64,000 bases of DNA from Macrostomum lignano. Its lineage: Eukaryota. The notes under the pieces were generated by a model. That model was given only the letters and a program-made list of their open reading frames with translations. It searched no databases and was not told the DNA's origin. Below are positions 32,407 to 45,300 of the stretch, one piece after another; positions within the stretch are counted from its first letter, which is position 1, and every line of letters begins with the position of its first letter. The DNA is taken from assembly GCA_002269645.1 (NCBI GenBank), contig NIVC01000175.1, positions 558,001 through 622,000 of the forward strand, written 5' to 3'. Position numbers and translations under genes: made by a program.

Positions 32407-33609
32407 AACATTGACACTTAATTGGGCTTGGCCTTGGGCCCGGGATTGGTCCAGCAGATCAGCGGTAATTTTGCGGCGCTGTTAAACGGCAGTTCTGGAG
32501 GCAGCTGCAGACGCATAGAGCTATTAAATCCAACAATCACCTGTGGTGCTCAAGATAATAGTTAACCATCCTTGATCACCGGGGTATGGGTGGGCAGGCA
32601 TTCTACAGTATTCAAAGATAAGGCCCAAAACTTTAAAATAAAATAACGCTTCGCCGCGCATTTGCGTCAAGAAAAGCAATTTTCTCTGTTAGATTGGAAG
32701 AATTAAAAAAGATTGCAGATGATTGTTGAAGTTATTTGGCACCTGGGCTAAAATAATTATCCAGGTTCCCGACTGGAGGGACAGGGAAGAAATACGCCAA
32801 CAGATTTTTCAGGTACCGAGACTGATTTTTTTAGCGACGAACGCCAAAATTCGTCTTCATTTTTCTGCGTCTTTTAAGCGGCTTCTTCAACACTACGGAT
32901 GATAGTCGGGTACCTTTCCCTTACTTTTCCTATACTTGATACAGTACATGTAGATTTTCTGCAACGTAAAACTATCATGATAAGCATGCGTTTCTCAAAG
33001 CATTTTTGAGAAACGGATAGATATAAAATGTTTGAGTAGATGTTGATAGAACGACAGTTTTCTTGAGTAATTTGCCTGTTTGCTCGATCGAGCTCGTAGG
33101 TTTCATTAACTCAAGGACGTGACAGTCTCTTCTAACTTTTGACGCGTGTCCTATCTTCAACTAACAAATGAGTTGATCTTCACGATGATCAGACAAGAGA
33201 CACTCGTGATTCGAAAGGTCACAGGTTTTTTGAAGATCAAAACACATGGTTTTTGTAACTACATTCACAAATACCCATGAGAGCCAAGCCCAGAACAAAC
33301 AGGGTGTTCATGCCTGATGATTAGAAAGTTAGGGTAGCTGTAACACCCTGTACTGGGCGTGTGTACGAGTGCGAACCTGCGTACAGTATTGGTGCGCTAT
33401 TGTATGTGCTCACTTAGCAGAATGGGTAGAATCGTCTCATCACTGGTTGTGACACGTCAATGCGGCAGAAGGTGCATGTTGCGCCAGGGTGCCTTGACCC
33501 TAAAAAGTTTTGTTGTGAACTGAAGTCGCCAAAACGCCACTGCTGTCCATTATGATTTTGGGAGAGTTACGGACCCGGTCACTTAAAAACGGTACTTAAG
33601 GCCAAGAAG

Positions 33610-33898
33610 CAGGGGCGGCGTCACCGGGGGAGGAGGGGACATGTCCCCCTAGTAAAAGCTATGGGGGGACATGCCAAAGCTTTGTCCCCCCCCCAGGCCC
33701 GTTTAGAATATGAATAATTTTGCTTCAGGGCGACAAAACAGGGTCTGCGGCGCTAAAATGAGTGCCCGCGGCGCTAAAATAAGCGCTGACAACACCAATT
33801 CTCTAAAAATTGTACATATAGGAATTTAGTCATGTACATGTACATGCATAATTCTTGGCTTTGTCCACCCCACCATAAAATCCATAGCGACGCCAGTG
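33610..33898. mobile_element. hAT-like MITE
   Basis: Perfect 8-bp TSD CCAAGAAG at 33602-33609 and 33899-33906. Termini CAGGGGCGGCG / GCGACGCCAGTG. Confidence 0.85.
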
Positions 33899-34037
33899 CC
33901 AAGAAGCGTCCCAGAGTCCCTTACCGACTCGTTGTAAGTAATACGTAAAATAGGAAAGAAGTGACTCTGCCTTGGTTTGCTCTGAGGCGCGCTTATCTTC
34001 CGGCTCTCGCTAACCTTAGTCAATTTTTTGCTGAATC

Positions 34038-36960
34038 ATGTCTGACTCTGTTAAAGTCCTACGTGAGAGGCTGCAAGGTCTTGGCTTGCCAACGTATGGC
34101 AATAAGGGTGAACTGATAGAACGCCTATTTCAGCATTGTCACACACTGGCCTCTGAACTGCAAAGTGAAGAAGCGGAGGCATCAGACCATCCAGTACGTG
34201 AGCGGGGCGAGATCGACGGTAGAAAAAGGGAACGAGGCGGCCGAGCTACCGAGCGACGCGGGGACAGCGGCGGCAACCGGAGGCCCAGGGTCTGGCGCGG
34301 CTGGAGGCCTGGAAGCGGAGCAACGGATCCGCCTGTTGAAGCTGCCAAAAGAGGAGGTCTGCTCCAGGCGGAGGTCAGCCAGCTCCAGCAACAGCCGGCC
34401 ACCTCAGAGCTCCATGGTGAGTTCTTCGATGCCTTTATGTCGGAGGAGGCGCATACTAGGAAGCAGGAGATAGGGCTTAGAAAAGTCAGTCCCAACCGCA
34501 TCACTGAGTTCATCAGTTAAGCGTAAGCAGCAGGACGCTGGTGTCACGCAGTCCGTGGACAGGTCGGGGAAGGTGGTCTTCAAGGTGAAGGAGGCTGCGG
34601 TGGAGACGTTGACGATGGGAGACTGGGTAGCTGGCAATGCACGCATCATGCTGAGAATGCTAGATGATGGCAGACTGGTGAAGTGATGGTGGTTGCCCTG
34701 ATATGTCGGAGCTACGTGACTATCTGCACTACACTGTTCGCATCGGTGAGCTGTTCTACCTCCGTTTCGAGAAGGCGCGGGTGCTGAGATTCGACAATGA
34801 GTGCCGGCTTGGTGACTCGCCTGGGAGGCGCGTGGTTCAGACATCGGCCTGGTGTCCACGTACTTGATGGCGCCACAAAAGAGCGAGGTCGCTGCAGAGA
34901 GACCGGTTAGGAGGGGCCAGGGCATCTGTTTCGATTTCAACAAGGAGGCTGGGTGCTGCAGGAGGAACTGCCGGTTTTCTCATCGGTGCCGGCGATGTGG
35001 TCAAGGCCATTCGAAAGCGGCCGTGCACGGGGGCCCGGCTGCGGAGGCGGCAGGGCTTCGACACAGACTGAATGGCGGTGAAGTTTTTAATTCCCGGATT
35101 TTATCTACCCACATGAACCTGACGGAGTGTAAGGAGGAGCTGAGTGTTGTAGATGTGCCGCGGGATCATAAGAGTTTCATTTTGGATGGAATGACCAGTG
35201 GGTTTCGTATCACTAACGTTCCGGCCAGCAGCAGTGATAGGATCGAAGTCAGCAACTACAACTCTATCAATGTTTTTATGGAGGCGGTGGAGAAGCAGAT
35301 CGGCAAAGAGGTTGAGCTGGGCCGTTACCGCCTGTGCCCGAAGGGGCAGCGGCCTGAGATTGTGAGTGCCATCGGTGTCTTGCCGAAAGACAACGAACGG
35401 GTGCGCCTGATTCACGACTGTAGCCGGCCGCCCAGTGGCTGTGTCAACTCGATGTGGTCGGTCAGGAGAAGCTGAACTTTTCTTGCGCGGAAAACTTTGC
35501 CAGGAAGTTGACTAGAGGGTGCTGGATGACCAAAGTCGACCTGAGAGAAGCTTATCGCGTGCGGTTGGTGTGCACCCTGACGACTTCAGCCGGACTGGAA
35601 TCAAGTTTCGCGCTTTCGGAACTCCAACACTGCGTCCTACATGTACGACACAAGGCTACCCTTTGGAGCGGCGGCTTCGGTGACGTGCTTTCACCGGCTC
35701 AGCGAGCGATGAAGCTGATGATGGTGCGGAGAGGTTTCATCAGGACTGAGGCGTACTTGGATGACTTTGCCTTTTGTGGTTCGCGTGAGGACTGTCAGAA
35801 ATTTTCCGATTAGATGGCTGACCTCGTGACTCGCTTGGGATTTACTTTCAACTGGGGCTAGTGTCAGCGGCCCTCTCAGCGTGTCCTTCTTGGGTGTCGA
35901 GTTTGACACTCACCGGGGTGAAGAAACTGTCGGATGAGAAGGTGGAGAAGCTTGTCTGTCTGCTGGAGCTGGAAGCGGAAAAAAACAGAATTTGTCGGCG
36001 GTCACTGCAGCATGTGATTGGTAAGCTCGGTTGGGTGGCGCAGGTTATCTGTTCTGGGCGCACGTTCATGCGGGAGTTGATCGATTGTTGCAAATGCTCT
36101 TCAGCCAGGGCAGCGGATGAAAAATATCGATGAGCGGCTGCGGAGCTTTTTTCAGTGGTGGACAGTCTCGTTGAAGTTGTGTTGGTGGTCGAAGTTGTGG
36201 CCATGAGTTGAATGATGTTGCCATCGAGTCGGATGCTTGCGGAAGAGGCAGTGCGGCGGTGCTGCGAATGCCCAATGGATTCTGGGACTGGTGCTATGTG
36301 GACTGGTTGATGGATGCGGACTTGGCGTTTGTAGAGCTGCCCATCAACTACAAAGAAACGGTGGCACCGCTGCTGGGCGTCATCCGCTGGAGGGAGCAGC
36401 TCAAGGGCTCCAGGAGCAGCATCTATTGCGACAACCAAGCCGCCTGCCACATTATCAGCAAGGGCGTTTCCAATTGTGCGCCACTGCAGCGGCTGCTGCA
36501 GACGGTGGCACTCACGTGCCTGCGTTATGGGATGAGTGTTCGTGCTTTCCCCGTGTCGAGCGAGTTCCAGATTTTTGTGGATGCGGCTTCTCGGCTGCAT
36601 GAGCCTAGCCAGTTGTTAAACTTTGTCATGGTTCTGTGTGCCAGTGGGCGCTGGCGACTCTGCACGTGCATGCTTTCTGCTAGTGGGGTCTGCTCCGCAA
36701 GTCTAGCCTGCTTCCCCGCAGAGCTAAGGGCCCAGAACCCATGCAGCGCTCCAACCTGCAGAGGTACCCCAGGGGTCTTGTCCTGCGCTGCGATCGGACA
36801 GTCCATCGGACAGTTTAAGGAGCGCGTGCATCTGTTCCTTCTTCCAAGACTGGCTCGGCGGTTGGCACAGTGCCCTGACGCCGCCCTCGAGCGACACATC
36901 TGAGAATCGGCTGGTGTCGGCTGATCAGCTTCTCTTGTCGCTCTGCTATGCCCGGGGCAA
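34038..36960 (+). mobile_element. Decayed tyrosine-recombinase retrotransposon (Ngaro/DIRS type): gag (SAP, CCCH finger), RT, RNase H, YR fragment
   Basis: SAP-like LRERLQGLGLPTYGNKGELIERL; gag TMGDWVAGNARIM..DYLHYT..IGEL; ICFDFN..C..C.F.H.C..CG.GH finger; RT RLIHDCSRP, KVDLREAYR, AYLDDF; RNase H SDACG, INYKE, YCDNQAA, VDAASR; YR WGLLRKSSL..GLVLR..QFKERV..CP at ~36680-36900. Multiple stops and frameshifts. Confidence 0.85.
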
Positions 36961-38895
36961 CCGACGTTTGATGACGGGCCCGCAGCTTCTTTTTATTTCT
37001 CTTCGATTTTTATTCGGCTATGTTTCAGTGTTGGTCACTAAGATGCAGTGACGTTTTATTGTCGGAGACTGAGATGACTCCGGAGCGCTTCTATAATGAC
37101 TCTGCAAGGGCCGTAGAGTCGTACATGTATCTGAAGCGTACCAGAGTCGCTGTAAAATCACCGAGTAGCCTCTAAAGCGCATCTGCGTCACTATGAGTGT
37201 TAAAATCGCATTTTGAATTAATAACAACTCTAGTCTGCTTGAGTTAGTAGAAAGTTAATCACTGACACGACGACTCCTGGACGATTCTTTCGCGACTCTT
37301 ACGATTCTGCAGTTCACGTGATGCGCACGTGACTCAACAGTCATCTCTCCGTCGCATTATAGTCGTTTAAGTCGTTAAAAAGTCACAAGAGCCGCTAGAG
37401 CATAGACCTTATACTCGTATTTCCTAGATAAGCCACTCAGCGAGTAGCGACCACAAGCATGCCCATAGAGCCTTTGTATTTCTTGAAAATTTTTGCGACT
37501 ACGGTATCAGATCAGTAGCTTGTACGCGTATCAAGGGATTTTTATGGTAAATTTAGCTATTTTCAGTATAAATGCTTGCAAATGAAGTTTATTTCACTTG
37601 AAGTAACGAACGAAAAACTTATTCAAATAAAACAGTTAAACATGTAAACGAAAATCGAGAGTGGGAACAGGAGAATCGCCTATTGAGAGTGGCCTATCTA
37701 GGGAATAATGCGCTGTCTGTCTGTCTGTCTATAGAGTTACTAAACATGAGTCGTCTTAAAAGTCCTTAAAAAGTCTAGAAAGAGTCGCTGGAGTCACTAT
37801 AATGAGCTGTTTGTAATGGTAGATTATGTAGTAGGTCAGGGAGGTAAATAATGGCCGAAACACAAGTGCACATAGCGCGAGTCTTACGGACGTTACTGCG
37901 AAGAGGCTAGAGCTCTGTTTGGGAGAAAAGAAGCATAGAAGGTTTGCAGAGGGCCAAAATTTCAGCAGAGTACGTGGGTTGAACCATAGACAAAAAGCAA
38001 AGAAATGCTTGATATGAAAGGTTCAAGTAACGTAAAACTTAAGTTAAGAAATACCGGTCAAGGAGTTCCAATAATAGAACTCCCTGACCAGATCATGGTG
38101 CCTAATGCGCGTTCTAGGGTTAGAAGTTCGAGACACATTACATCTGATATGAAATCTGAATTGCTTTTTTGTAGCTTTCTATCGAGCCGCACGCACTGAA
38201 TGCGGCGCAAGCCTTTGGGGGCGGGGCGAATCCCCGACTCCCCCGCATTTCAACCATAGACAAATTTTCAATAAAGTTAAGAATCATTAATGCAAAAATA
38301 GTATAGGAAGGATTACATATTCCTCGGCTACACTTGATGGCCTTCATTTCGAAGCCCATTCAACGGGTCAGCACTGCTGTCCAGTAGGATTCAGGCTTGG
38401 TGCACACAAATTTATAGGGATTAGAGAAAGCTAATTAATATAAGAATAAACCAACAAACAACACATTACAACTAATTATTAAGCGTCGATAAAAAGAGCA
38501 TTATCGAATAATGTTTAATAATGTAGTCGCTGTGCACGAATATGTATTTAGACACACGCATGTTTATATATGCATATCAGACCAATTTAAGACGCTTGAA
38601 AGATTAAAAGAGCTTATATAAAAAAGATTTACACATACATCAGGCCAATTCAATTAGTTAAATTATCAATCAAAATCTGAATTAAATAATTAAAACAATA
38701 TCCAGATAATAATGGTAGGTTTTCAACTACTGAGAAGCGTAAATTTAGCACACCAATTAGAAATAGTGCCTGTATCAATAGTCCTAGAATATATAAGATA
38801 TAACTAAATCAACTGGAATATTATATAGCAATCTGTCAAATTTATTGAGGCATCATAATAAGTTTATAAACATTAGTTAGTGCTTAGTAACAAAT

Positions 38896-39087
38896 CAGGG
38901 ACGTCGCCACCGGGGGGGGGAATGCCAATGCTTTGTCTCCCCCACCCCAACTTGTTAACCTGTTATGGAAATTTATAATTTTGCTTTAGGGCGCCAAAAT
39001 GACGCCAAAACGCCACAATCTAGTCATGTACATGTACAATTCTCAGCTTTGTCCCCCCCCCACATAAAATCCTTGGGGACGCCACCG
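38896..39087. mobile_element. hAT-like MITE (same family as 33610-33898)
   Basis: Termini CAGGGACGTCGCC / GGGACGCCACCG; TSD TAACAAAT / TAACCAAT. Confidence 0.75.
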
Positions 39088-39307
39088 TAACCAATAATTA
39101 TGAAAAGAGATAATATTAATAGTGCAACAGGCTTATTATAACAGTGATAATGACTCCCCAAATAATACACTGGATAATGGAAATTCAGCGAACATATTCC
39201 TTATTAATATGTAATTTGTTTTTGCCATTATTTGCAAACAGCAGCACCACCCTTTCACTTCATTTCAATGAATCCAAAAGTGAACGCCAAGCCAGGCAGA
39301 TTAGACG

Positions 39308-42300
39308 TTAATCCCGACGGAAAGTCCTACCGGACATTGTCTTCTTCTCCTTCTGCTCATTGGCATAGGACGGCCTGGCTCTATTAAGGATGGACAAGAA
39401 CTCGTTAGTCTTGGCCCGCATCCGCATATGAATGTAGACCTTGCTGCACTTGATATGATAGTGCAGATAGTTGCGGAACATGTGCACCAAGTCGATGGTC
39501 TTGTCGCGAGCCTCCGGCGATGTGTGCCGAGGAAACAGCACGAAGGTGACGTAGGCGACATTGTCAGCAACCAGAGCGTCAGTGCCGGCAATGCTCGACG
39601 GCGGATTCTTATGAGAATAGAGCACCTGCGGCGCCTGGTTGAAATCTCTGCGCGATTCAACAAACTCTTGAAGGAACACTTTGCCAACAATGATATCGTC
39701 GGGGTCGCGGAAAACCACGCTAAAGATGACGGTGACGCGGTCTGGGAGCGCCTCGACGTACCTGAATAGATGGGGAAGGTAAAAATATAACACCTTACTT
39801 ACACCTGCAACTAAAATACCCCCAGCCCCACCGGACACTCAACGGCCAGAAAATTGTTCGTATAGGGGGAGTGCCTGTGCCAAGTCGCACCTGAACCGGT
39901 TTAATTAGTTCTCCCTGAGATAGATATGTATAGATACACGTTTGCGCTTCTACTGTGGGACTTACCCCATGCCATCCCATTCTTCAGGCTCTTGAGTATG
40001 ATGACACCCCATCCTTCATGTTCTTTAATGTGAGTGAAACCCCATCCTTCAGGTTCTTCAGTGTGAGTGACACCTCATCCTTCAGGTTCTTCAGTGTGAG
40101 TGACACCCCATCCTTCAGGTTCTTCAGTGTGAGTGACACCCCATCCTTCAGGTTCTTTAGTGTGAGTGACACCTCATCCTTCAGGTTCTTCAGTGTGAGT
40201 GACACCCCATCCTTCAGGTTCTTCAGTGTGAGTGACACCCCATCCTTCAGGTTCTTCAGTGTGAGTGACACCCCATCCTTCAGGTTCTTCAGTGTGAGTG
40301 ACACCCCATCCTTCAGGTTCTTCAGTGTGAGTGACACCCCATCCTTCAGGTTCTTCAGTGTGAGTGACACCCCATCCTTCAGGTTCTTCAGTGTGAGTGA
40401 CACCCCATCCTTCAGGTTCTTCAGTGTGAGTGAAACCCCATCCTTCGGGTTCTTCAGTGTGAGTGAAACCCATCCTTCAGGTTCTTCAGTGTGAGTGAAA
40501 CCCTATCCTTCAGGCTCTTCAGTGTGAGTGAAACCCCATCCTTCAGGTTCTTCAGTGAGAGTGACACTTCGTCCTTCAGTGAGAGTGACACTTTATCCTT
40601 TAGTGAGAGTGACATTTTATCCTTCAGACTGAGTGACATCCCATCCTTCAGTGTGAGTGCACCCCATCCTTCAGGTTCTTCAGTGTGAGTGAAACCCTAT
40701 ACTTCAGTGAGAGTGACACTTCGTCCTTCAGTGAGAGTGACACTCCATCCTTTAGTGAGAGTGACATCTTATCCTTCAGAGTGAGTGACACTTCATCCTT
40801 CAGTGAGAGTGACACTTCATACTTCAGTGAGAGTGACACCCCATCCTTCAGTGTGTAACACCCTATCCTTCAGTGCGAGTGACACCCCATCCTTCAGTGT
40901 GAGTGACACCCTATCCTTCAGTGCGAGTGACACCCCATCCTTCAGTGTGAGTGACACCTCATCCTTCAGTGTGAGTGACACCCTATCCTTCAGTGAGAGT
41001 GACACCCTATCCTTCAGTGTGAGTGACACCCCATCCTTCAGTGTTAGTGACACCCTATCCTTCAGTGTGAGTGACACCCTATCCTTCAGTGAGAGTGACA
41101 CCCTATCCTTCAGTGTGAGTGACACCCCATCCTTCAGTGTGAGTGACACCCTATCCTTCAGTGTGAGTGACACTTCATCCTTCAGTGATGGTGACACTTC
41201 ATCCTTCAGTGAGAGTGACACCCCATCCTTCAGTGAGAGTGACACCCTATCCTTCAGTGTGAGTGACACCCCATCCTTCAGTGTGAGTGACACCCTATCC
41301 TTCAGTGTGAGTGACACTTCATCCTTCAGTGATGGTGACACTTCATCCTTCAGTGATGGTGACACTTCATCCTTCAGTGAGAGTGACACCCCATCCTTCA
41401 GTGAGAGTGACACCCTATCCTTCAGTGTGAGTGACACCCCATCCTTCAGTGTGAGTGACACCCTATCCTTCAGTGTGAGTGACACCCTATCCTTCAGTGA
41501 GAGTGACACCCCATCCTTCAGTGAGAGGCACGGGACTCCAACGCAGAATAACTCACAGGGTCTCATCATCACGATAGTGAATCACAGCCCTCTGCTCGGC
41601 GTCTCCACCAGCGGCTTGCAGATTAAAATATTTTTCAAAAACGCAGGCAAAACAGTTGCGCTTAAGCATAGACGCCTGCATAACGAGTTCTTTGTAGTTG
41701 TCTGGCAGATCGGTTAGGCGATAGCAAAGCGTCACATTGTAGCCTGGTTCGGTAGTGTCCAGCAGATAGTTGCCATATCTGGCTTTCAACAGATCGTGGG
41801 CACCATGGTCCTCCAGTTCCTTGAAGAATTTCAAGCTAATGCTCACCTGCATGTAGATTTTGTTTGATTTTACATACGATGAAAACGGGACTTTGACCAG
41901 AATCGTTGCAGGTAACACAGGTAAAATAGGAAATAAGTGACTCTAGACGACTCTAAAACGACAAGATGTCTCGGCAAAAGTCACTAAAAACTCGCCTAAG
42001 CATACATGCGCAACAGTCGGCCGAGTCGGCCGACCGATTTGGCGGCCAATCAAGGAAGTCGCAAAAATGCGACTTTTTTGGTAGTAAAAAGTACTAAGTA
42101 GTAGTACTAAGTAGCTGACGAGGCATTTTGACTTAATAAGACAGTCATAGTTACTCTTGCCGTTCACCCAAAGGGTTTTTTACATGTAAGTCGCATTTTG
42201 GCCAAAAACTACGTCGCATTTTTGTTAAAACTAAGTCGCATGGCCAACCGAATTTTGGAGGTTGCGCATGTATGCGCCTAAGAGTCAATTTGAGGCTTTT

Positions 42301-45300
42301 TGAATTAGAATCGCATTTTGCAATTTTAATGTCAACTCCGATTCTTGTCATACTAACGCCTTCAATTGGAATCACAAGATAAAGCATTTCAACTCACCCA
42401 GATGACAAAACGATCCTGACCAGGATTGCTAATATGATAGATGGCGCCATCAAAGTCGGCCACTTTGATGTCCACACTGTCAGGTTTGGAGCTGTTTGGA
42501 AGTAAAATTGAGTGACAAAGAATTTTCTTATTTCAGGTTTTTGCTTTACCAGGATGCCAGGTAACATTAGTCCATAAGTTCAACAGTACCCTTTTACACT
42601 GCTGAGCCTGTCTGACCCAAAAAAGTTTGCAGAATTCATGTACTTACAGATTACTTTAAATTTGGCAATTGATAGAAGTCTTGACATCCTAATAATTATA
42701 AAACTATTGGTAGTAAACTAATTATTAAATTTTGAAGAATTGAACCCTAAATCAAATAAAAAACTTAAATTAAATTTGATCTAGGTTAGATCCTAAATTT
42801 AGGATTTAAATTTAGGATACTAAATTAATGTTGATATATCCTAACATGCTATAGCAAAAAATCTAGTTGGCAAGTCTAAAATAAACTAGTTATATATTTT
42901 ATAGACTTATGATACCTAGGACTTTCAGAAGAGCTCAATATATATAATCTAGCCTATCTGGCTAAGTTAAGACTATATTCTAGCCATAGATCAAATCAGA
43001 TTTGGGCCTAATTAGATTTTGAAATATAATAGAAAAAATACAAATGGCCTAAACACTTGTAATGTGTTAGTATAAGCTGCCACACCACTGGTACTATTTT
43101 GCTTTGATTGCCCAAACTGACACCCCATATTGCAAAAGGTATCCTGTTGGAAAAGTTATGCACTTGTGTAGGCATAAAAGGTGAGAGAGGTGCACAAAAG
43201 AGGCACTTTAGTGGCCTATTTTGTGTGTGTTTTGGAAATGCAACTGAGTGCACCTTTTATGCCTAAATGTTACCAATATTTTTAAAAGAGGCATGAAAGA
43301 TGTACAATCAGTAAAGTGGTCAGGCATTAGGGGAATTATCATTTCGAAATTTTGGTTATATTTTAACAATTTAGACATTGATGATCATGCTACACAAGAA
43401 AGAAAATCTATAGGAAGTGAAAGGAAGTGCAGTTCAAAGACTCAGTGGGGAGGTGAGAATTGCCTTTTCTACAAGAAAAGATTGTGCGGGGCACACTGTT
43501 CCAGGCCTTGTGCTGCACCCACTTCAACCTCCACAAGCCCACTGGCTGAACTCATCGGCGTGGATTTTAATTGGCTAAAGACTTAAAGCCTTAATGAAAT
43601 GGATATAGGCTACTTGCATCTAGATCTTCAGCTTAAACAGTGGTGAAGTATAATACAACTTCTACTATATTTCTATGTACAAGTGTATAATACATATAAT
43701 ACACCAGCATTTTCTATTTCGTATTTTTAAAGTAAATTAAATCTTAAGTATTCTGGTTTAAACATATCAAAGATACTTTTTATAAAACATGTAAGCTTAT
43801 ACATGCAGAGGCAAGGTGTTAACCTTTTTGCATGATTAGTGAAAAAGTAAAAATTTGTTAAGCTCAAAAATTTCAATTTTGATTCTAAGGAACCAAAAAT
43901 TTTGATTTCGATTTCGATTTGAAAAATAATTTCAATCCATCACTACATTAGTGAGGAAAAGTTTCAAATCTTTCCAAAGAATAGTGAGAAATAGTAGCAA
44001 AGCACTTTTGCAAGTTGGAATGCCCCTTGCATTGCTTCTATGCCTAAAATGCCCACTGTGCACCTTTTGTGCCTCCAATGCACACTATATACATTTTTAT
44101 GTACCTCTACTATAGTGCAACTTTTGTTTACCTTTCACTCTATTAATACCCCCAATTCCTACTTTGTTCACCTTTTGTGTCTCCAATGCATACTGTGCAC
44201 CTTTAATTCACCCAACTCCCCTATGACACCTGTGCCCCTACCACCTACTTTGTTACGTTCCAAAATCAAAATTGAAATTGAAATTTTATGAAATCAAAAT
44301 TCAGAAAAACAAAGTATAGCATGACAAACACTCACTTTTTACTATTTATTTACTGCTCATGCAAAACAAAATACACGTATATATAGTGGAAATTAGTTTA
44401 TTTTCAGCCACTGAATAAGTAGAATCTCTCATTGCCACTTTGAATACAAAAACTTTTTTAACATGAAAACTATATATAACCATTGCTGCCCAGTTGTATG
44501 TATACATAATGCAATCTAGTATATACATGTAGTACCCATTGAATTTTGAGTTTTTAAAGTAGGCATGAAAGGTGAAGAGTTTTATACCTTCTGCCTCACT
44601 TTTGCCTCTTTTATGCCTATTTTGTGCCACTTGTGCACCGCGTGTTCACCTGAGTAGCTCTGCAGGGTCAGAAGGTGAATATAAGGCACGAAATAGGTGG
44701 TAGGGGCATAGGTGTCATAGGGGAGTTTGGTGTATTAAAGGTTGTGTGCATTGGAGGCACAAAAGGTGAACAAAGTAGGAATTGGGGGCATTGGTGGAGT
44801 GAAAGGTGAAAAAAAGGTGTGTTGTGGTGGAGGTGCATAAAAAGTGTACAGTGTGCACTGGAGGCACAAAAAGTGAATAAAGGTGCACAGTGTGCATTGG
44901 AGGCACAAAAGGTGAACAAATGGTGCACAGTGGGCACTTTAGGTGTAGAGGCAATGCAAGAGGCGTTCCAACTTGCGAAAGTTCTTTGCTACTTTTTCTT
45001 ATTATTCTTTAAACAGATTCAAAGCTTTTCATCACTTTTCGTGAGTATTTGAAAGTTATTAAAACTTATCAGTACAGGAAATGTTTACTTTTGTGGTTTG
45101 TCAGGATTAGGAAAGGGATAGCAGCAATTAGTATAGGTAAAAATAAAGCTTTTCTATGTTCATTCTGTGCGTGCAATATACGAGTATGTAACCCATACTC
45201 AGGAAGGTGGCCTGCATGCGGGAATTTTCCCGCGTGCACAAGCCATGCTAAAATTTTGGTGTGCAAAGTTGGCGTGCAAATAGGGGTCTCAAGCCACGCC

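Noticed and set aside
39795-39838. Alternative ARPC2 N-terminus MSGGAGG and a GTAAGT donor
   Set aside because: Intronic; the canonical four-exon path reproduces the conserved protein.
39955-41717. SDTPSFS / LKDGVSL repeat ORFs
   Set aside because: Minisatellite inside ARPC2 intron 3.
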